Origin: Nitrosopumilus sp.
Lineage (GTDB): Archaea > Thermoproteota > Nitrososphaeria > Nitrososphaerales > Nitrosopumilaceae
Direction of reading: 5' to 3'
DNA: 64,000 nucleotides
Assembly (NCBI GenBank): GCA_965218785.1
Contig: OZ244650.1
Span: 1,888,001-1,952,000, forward strand
A program made the position numbers and the translations under genes. The stretch's first letter is position 1. Each line of letters starts with the position of its first letter. Shown in pieces: positions 58,904 through 64,000 of the stretch. The notes below the pieces were generated by a model that made no database searches, was not told the origin of the DNA, and saw only the letters and a program-made list of their open reading frames with translations.

Positions 58904-59069
58904 TCCTAGGTGTTTTGCCGCCGTCAACTGCCTTCTGGAATTAAGAGGATTGGAATGATGTTCCTGCTTTTGCATGACGCAAAAATCATAATTCGTTGAG
59001 ATCTAAATAAGTGGATGATCCCAATTTTAAAAAGATTTAAGTTCAATTATTTCCAAAGATGATTCGTCG

Positions 59070-59417
59070 TTGTCGCAAGAAACTTCTAAAGATCGATTAG
59101 ATACCATATTCAGACTTCAAATGGGTCTGGCAGAAATGATGGACCCTGATAGATATCCCAAGGATTCTCAAGGCAGGGTTTCTGCCCTGTCTACTGCAAT
59201 TATTCACGAGGCAGTGGAGCTGCAGCGAACTACAAACTGGAAGTGGTGGAAGGTGCCAACACACTTTGATGAGGCAGAGGCCAGGGAGGAATTAATCGAC
59301 ATATGGCATTTTGTTATTCAGGCATCCCTTGAGCTTAATCTTACACCAGATGACATTGTAAAAGAGTACAAAAAGAAAAACGAGATTAATCGGGAAAGAC
59401 AGAGAAGCGGGTACTAA
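59070..59417 (+). CDS. Dimeric (all-alpha) dUTPase
   Basis: HEAVEL, WKWWK, EELIDIWHF, YKKKNEIN.ERQ..GY. Confidence 0.88.
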   Translation: MSQETSKDRLDTIFRLQMGLAEMMDPDRYPKDSQGRVSALSTAIIHEAVELQRTTNWKWWKVPTHFDEAEAREELIDIWHFVIQASLELNLTPDDIVKEYKKKNEINRERQRSGY

Positions 59418-59451
59418 TTTTCACAGCAGAATACTGCCCAAACCTAATTAT

Positions 59452-60534
59452 CTACAGCACATCATGCATGGCCTTGGCAATGAATCTGATGTTTTTTTGA
59501 GTTACTTTTGGATGGATTGGCAGGGAGATGACATGCGAGGCGGCCCAGTCAGTGACAGGCAGTCTAATTTTTGATTTGTAAAGGGGGGTTTTGTGGACCG
59601 GGGTCTGGTAATAAGACGCCGCACCAATGCCTTTTTTGTTGAGTTCGTTGAAAAGTTTTTTACGTTTTGTAGTTGCAATCGTATAAAGATACCAGTTGAG
59701 ATTTTCATTCTTTCGCTGGGAGGGAAGTTGTACATTGAGATCAGAGATCAACTCTGACAAAAGTCTTGCATTGTTTTTCCTAGACCTTAGAAAATTTGGA
59801 AGTTTTTTCATTTGGATGTTTGCAATTGCGGCGCTAATTTCAGGCAGCCGCAGATTCAGACCGAATCTTTTAGAATCATATCCGTGTACCATTCCATGAT
59901 TTCTAATCATCAGTAATTTATCCCGCAGTTTTTTGTTGTTAGTAACAATAAAACCGCCCTCTCCGGCAGTCATAACTTTTGCAGGATACATGCTGTAACA
60001 CCCCATTTCAAAGAAGGTACCGGTATGTCTTCCCTTGTAGGTGGATCCCAGAGACTGCGCCGAATCTTCAATGACTGGTATGTTGTATTTCCTGGAAATT
60101 TCAGACAGTCTTTCCATGCATGCCACGTTTCCATAAAGGTGGACCGGAATAATGGCGCGGGTTTTTTTTGTTATCTTTTTTTCCAGATGGTCCGGATCCA
60201 CGGTATAGTTCTCCCTTTGAATATCGACAAAAACAGGTCTTGCCCCCGTTGAAGCAACGGCATTTGCAGTGGCAACAAATGTAAATGACGGAATTAGAAC
60301 TTCATCACCTCTTGTAATATCCAATGCGTAAAGGGCGGCCTGCAGCGCCGCAGTGCCGGAATTGACGGCAACGGCATACCTTGATTTTACAAAAGAACTC
60401 ACGGATTTTTCAAATGCCCGGACGTGTATACCTCCCTGGTTGGCAGACGAGGTCAGGGCGCCATCCCTGAGAATGGAGGTGACTGCGGAAATCTCTTCTG
60501 TTCCCACGATGGGTGCGTTAATTGTTATTTTCAA
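59452..60534 (-). CDS. DegT/DnrJ/EryC1/StrS aminotransferase
   Basis: NSGTAAL, FTFVATAN, PVHLYG, EDSAQ, K.MTAGEGG. Confidence 0.94.
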   Translation of the reverse strand: MKITINAPIVGTEEISAVTSILRDGALTSSANQGGIHVRAFEKSVSSFVKSRYAVAVNSGTAALQAALYALDITRGDEVLIPSFTFVATANAVASTGARPVFVDIQRENYTVDPDHLEKKITKKTRAIIPVHLYGNVACMERLSEISRKYNIPVIEDSAQSLGSTYKGRHTGTFFEMGCYSMYPAKVMTAGEGGFIVTNNKKLRDKLLMIRNHGMVHGYDSKRFGLNLRLPEISAAIANIQMKKLPNFLRSRKNNARLLSELISDLNVQLPSQRKNENLNWYLYTIATTKRKKLFNELNKKGIGAASYYQTPVHKTPLYKSKIRLPVTDWAASHVISLPIHPKVTQKNIRFIAKAMHDVL

Positions 60535-60609
60535 TAGTAATTCTGTCCATAACTAGTCTATAAATTCCGTTATGCGTGGACTTATATTTCAAAACTTGAT
60601 AGGCGACAT

Positions 60610-61185
60610 ATGAAATCCCCACACCTTGAAAAAACAGATCCGGGTTACAGGGTTTATCTGTATATCTTCTATATTTGCGCCCTGATGATGGTGACATCGC
60701 TTGTTTTTGGCATTTATGTAACAATGATAGAATGGATAGAGAACGGGATTTACGTGATGGGCGAGGCAATTCACAATACAACCATCCCATTTGAAAATTT
60801 TGCAAGGGTGTCAACTTGGATATTTTTTTCCACCATAATTGGATGGTACTGTGTTACTAGAATCGGCTGGAGGAGAACAGCCGGAGAGAAGATTGTCGGA
60901 ACAAGGATGGCGCTGCTTCAGTTAATGCTGCTGGGATTCTCAATTATTGCATTCTATGAGGTATTATACAATTTTACGGTGCTAAACGCACAGATATCTG
61001 CCGGAATCATTAATGGGATGGTTCCAGATATCGATAGATTATCAGTCGCCTATCCGGATCCTGACAGGCCGTGGAATCTGGTTTTTGCAACCAAGGTGTT
61101 TCTGGCAGCATTCATTATTAGCAGCCACGCATTTTATCTGAGTATAAAACCCAGAAAGAGCCTGGATATGCCAGAGGATAGCTAG
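60610..61185 (+). CDS. Four-TM membrane protein
   Basis: Hydrophobic helices, FYEVLYNF, PWNLVFATK. Confidence 0.75.
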   Translation: MKSPHLEKTDPGYRVYLYIFYICALMMVTSLVFGIYVTMIEWIENGIYVMGEAIHNTTIPFENFARVSTWIFFSTIIGWYCVTRIGWRRTAGEKIVGTRMALLQLMLLGFSIIAFYEVLYNFTVLNAQISAGIINGMVPDIDRLSVAYPDPDRPWNLVFATKVFLAAFIISSHAFYLSIKPRKSLDMPEDS

Positions 61186-61248
61186 CAGATCGGCATTATT
61201 GGCGGTTTTACGTAAAAACTATTTTTTCTAGTATGCAGATGAATTCAT

Positions 61249-61437
61249 ATGGGATTATTCGGCTCGGGCAAAAATGAATTAAAATGCAAAAAATGCGGTA
61301 CTATTCTTTCTGATCCTGAGAGGCTGAAAAAGCACCAGGAGAAGGCACACAACAAGAAAAAAGAAAAGTGCAGGGTATGTGGAACTGAATTTAACACCCA
61401 GGACGACTTGCGGAAACACAAGAAAAATTGCAGATAA
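61249..61437 (+). CDS. C2H2 zinc-finger protein (two fingers)
   Basis: CKKC...L.KH...H and CRVC..F...L.KH...C. Confidence 0.85.
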   Translation: MGLFGSGKNELKCKKCGTILSDPERLKKHQEKAHNKKKEKCRVCGTEFNTQDDLRKHKKNCR

Positions 61438-61480
61438 TTAGTATAACTTTATAGGCTCTGATCTCAAAAGTTGTTTTGAT

Positions 61481-62527
61481 TTGGATGTCACAGAAAAGGT
61501 AGAGTTGGTCCAAAGACCGCCAACAGAGGAAGTAGTAACACACGATGAATTAACCGAGCTATTCAAGACAAACTCATCGCCAAAACATTATATCGGTCTG
61601 GAAATTTCGGGGTTTTTGCATCTTGGCAGCCTGATTAGTACCGGCTTGAAGATTAATGATTTTGTAAGGGCCGGCATCAAATGCACGGTTTTTCTTGCAG
61701 ACTGGCACACCCTGATCAACGACAAACTAGGCGGGGACTGGGAGACGATAGCAAAAGTCTCAAAATATTACCAGGACGCATTCAAAATTGTTTGTCCTGA
61801 TGCAGAGATCGTCCTGGGATCAAAACTGTACGAAGAGAAAACAGAGTACTGGTCTGAGCTTGTCAGGTTTACAAAACACATGTCTCTGGCCAGAACAATG
61901 CGGACACTCACAATTATGGGTCGCTCTGAAAATGAAGAAAAAATTGACGTGGCAAAATTGCTGTATCCTGCAATGCAGGCAGTTGATATTCATTCATTGG
62001 ATGTGGATATCGCTCATGCGGGAATGGATCAGAGAAAGATCCACATGCTGGTAAGGGAGGTTTTTCCCAAAATGAAGTGGAAGGTGCCAGTTGCCGTCCA
62101 TCACAAGCTGCTGCCCGGACTTTCAAAGCCTGCAGATTCCGGTGATTCAAAGACTGTGACAAAGATGAGCAAGTCGGATCCGAATTCAGGTATTTTTATC
62201 CACAATACAGACGATGAGATAAGGAAAAAGATCAACAAGGCATGGTGTGAGGAGGCAAACACCCAGAACAACCCGCTGTTGGAGATGGCAAGAACCGTAA
62301 TTTTTCATGAATTCAGTGAAGTAACTGTCAGCAGGCCGGAAAAATTTGGGGGCAACGCATCATATGCGGATTACAACCAGCTGGAAGCGGATTTTGCCAG
62401 AAAGATGCTGCATCCCGGAGACTTGAAACAGACTGTCGGGGATTACCTGGTAAAGATAATCTCCCCAATCAGAGACACGCTGAACCTTGATAAGGAACTA
62501 GAAGAGACGATAAGAAAAAGCTTTTAG
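61481..62527 (+). CDS. tyrS: Tyrosine--tRNA ligase
   Basis: YIGLEISG.LHLG, ADWH, YPAMQAVD, GMDQRKIH, KMSKS. Confidence 0.96.
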   Translation: MDVTEKVELVQRPPTEEVVTHDELTELFKTNSSPKHYIGLEISGFLHLGSLISTGLKINDFVRAGIKCTVFLADWHTLINDKLGGDWETIAKVSKYYQDAFKIVCPDAEIVLGSKLYEEKTEYWSELVRFTKHMSLARTMRTLTIMGRSENEEKIDVAKLLYPAMQAVDIHSLDVDIAHAGMDQRKIHMLVREVFPKMKWKVPVAVHHKLLPGLSKPADSGDSKTVTKMSKSDPNSGIFIHNTDDEIRKKINKAWCEEANTQNNPLLEMARTVIFHEFSEVTVSRPEKFGGNASYADYNQLEADFARKMLHPGDLKQTVGDYLVKIISPIRDTLNLDKELEETIRKSF

Positions 62528-63318
62528 ACCTTGAGATCCGGATTGGTCTGCTCCTCTAAATTATATTTTGATTTGTATCCCCTTGGATTTATCATCAAAT
62601 CCTTGTAGGTATATGTGGATGAATTTCCAACAATTACAGTGGTAATCATTCCCAGTTTGTCTGAATGGCTGGGCAGATTTTCCAGATCCGTCATTACAAC
62701 GGTCTCAGATTCCCTAAATGCCCCCTTGATGATTGCGACAGGTGTTGTGGGTTTTCTGTATTTTAAAAGAAGGGTTCTCGTATCTTGTAATTGATGGATT
62801 CTTTTTTTGCTTGCGGGATTATAAATGACAATTACAAAATCACCCCGTGCGGCAGCCTCGACTCTTTGCTTGATGATCTCCCACGGCACCAGCAGATCAC
62901 TCATGCTAACGACTGCAAAATCAGTCATTAACGGCGAGCCGACTATTGATGCACAGGAATTCAGTGCAGATACGCCTGGAATGATCTCGACTTTGAGATC
63001 ATCTTTTGGATTCCAGCCGCCTTCTGCGAGTGTCTCATAGATTAGTCCGGCCATTCCATAAATTCCAGGATCCCCGCTTGAGACAAGTGAGACGGTTTTT
63101 CCTGATTTTGCAAGATCGATACACTGGTGGGCCCTTTCAACTTCCTGAGTCATTGCATAGCGGTAGACTGTCTTGCCTTCAATCAGATCTTGGACCAGAT
63201 TAACGTATGTCTCGTATCCGACAATCGTATCACTTTGAGCGATTACGTTTTTTGCCCGAAACGTCATGTGGTCATGATGTCCGGGACCAACACCTACGAT
63301 GTAGAGCTTGCCTGTCAA
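62524..63318 (-). CDS. cobJ: Precorrin-3B C17-methyltransferase
   Basis: VGVGPG, SSGDPGIYGMAG, DFAVVSMSDLLVPW, IYNP. Confidence 0.95.
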   Translation of the reverse strand: MTGKLYIVGVGPGHHDHMTFRAKNVIAQSDTIVGYETYVNLVQDLIEGKTVYRYAMTQEVERAHQCIDLAKSGKTVSLVSSGDPGIYGMAGLIYETLAEGGWNPKDDLKVEIIPGVSALNSCASIVGSPLMTDFAVVSMSDLLVPWEIIKQRVEAAARGDFVIVIYNPASKKRIHQLQDTRTLLLKYRKPTTPVAIIKGAFRESETVVMTDLENLPSHSDKLGMITTVIVGNSSTYTYKDLMINPRGYKSKYNLEEQTNPDLKV

Positions 63319-63359
63319 TTAAAACAGGTACTTTGCAAAGTAATTTATCCGTTTAGTGT

Positions 63360-64000
63360 TTACTGGAACGGATCTATAAACGGGCAGTTAACTATATGAT
63401 CACTGCTGGTTGGTCGTGCAATACTTACAGATAACAGGTCATCTGCATGAAACGAGTCAATATCGGATTTTGTTTCCAGAATCTTTGCCGAATTTTCATC
63501 ATTCCATTCAACTAGGTAAATTCGCCACATCGGGCTGTAATTTTCATCACCTAGGACGGCACCTGCAACTCCTGCCTGGAATCCCAGCGGACCGGATCCC
63601 TTGATTCCGTTTTTGAACTGAAAGAGATCAACTGCCCCTGAATGGGCTATGAGACTGGCAGATGAGGGCGAGGAGACAACGCCCATGGTTTGGGCAGGTC
63701 CTGACGGAGTGGCATCAGTGACGATATAGTAGACGGTTCTTCCATCATGGCCCCAGCCCCTGTGGGCGACAAATGTTACAGTCATGTCCTGTTCGTTAAT
63801 TTCAGTTATCTGGCCTCCGTCATACGGGATTTCATCTGTAATTTCTTTATCAGGACGTACCGGCATTTGTCCATCAGGCCAAACAATTTGGGGGGTGTTA
63901 AGGACGACTCCCGTTTCATTGAATTCAATTCTGCCGGCCTTGTTTGCAGCCATGACATCAGCTGCGGATTCAAAGACCGTCTCCTTTTGGCCTGTCTTCC
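63360..64000 (-). CDS. Conserved thaumarchaeal protein, C-terminal part (start outside window)
   Basis: GRTVYYIVTDATP, GPLGFQ, YSPMWR, VNCP; frame appears to continue to the window edge. Confidence 0.75.
   Translation of the reverse strand, partial: KTGQKETVFESAADVMAANKAGRIEFNETGVVLNTPQIVWPDGQMPVRPDKEITDEIPYDGGQITEINEQDMTVTFVAHRGWGHDGRTVYYIVTDATPSGPAQTMGVVSSPSSASLIAHSGAVDLFQFKNGIKGSGPLGFQAGVAGAVLGDENYSPMWRIYLVEWNDENSAKILETKSDIDSFHADDLLSVSIARPTSSDHIVNCPFIDPFQ

Noticed and set aside
59070-59417. dUTPase (and the HD hydrolase at 6594-7829) as MazZ/DatZ partners of the PurZ-like gene
   Set aside because: Both sit among core genes far from the island with host-like composition; nothing in the sequence links them.
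264-63604. Numerous short antisense or out-of-frame ORFs in the track nested in well-supported genes
   Set aside because: Shadow ORFs with no independent motifs or expression signals.

Overview
This window looks like a marine ammonia-oxidising archaeon (Nitrosopumilaceae/Thaumarchaeota-like). Its core genes include amt, A-type ATPase subunit C, pyrH/tmk, the archaeal CoA operon (pantoate kinase, phosphopantothenate synthetase, panB, coaBC), aCPSF1, proteasome beta, egsA, rtcA, bluB, tyrS and cobJ, plus tRNA-Val(GAC) and an intron-containing tRNA-Arg(CCT). Between the FKBP gene (~31.5 kb) and an aminotransferase (~45.7 kb) lies a mostly AT-rich accessory/defence island. It carries a PD-(D/E)XK nuclease, a HAD phosphatase, a UvrD helicase-nuclease fusion and a decayed IS5-family element with intact 19-bp TIRs and a 9-bp TSD. 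The standout feature is a tightly coupled three-gene operon in this island (41647-45287). It encodes (i) an IrrE/ImmA-type metallopeptidase fused to a DarG-like macrodomain, (ii) a P-loop nucleotide kinase fused to an adenylosuccinate-synthetase homologue with PurZ/PurZ0 (2-aminoadenine, Z-base) signature residues, and (iii) a DarT-like DNA ADP-ribosyltransferase. It is a candidate undescribed anti-viral system coupling modified-purine nucleotide synthesis to DNA ADP-ribosylation. All family calls come from recognising motifs by eye; no database searches were run.
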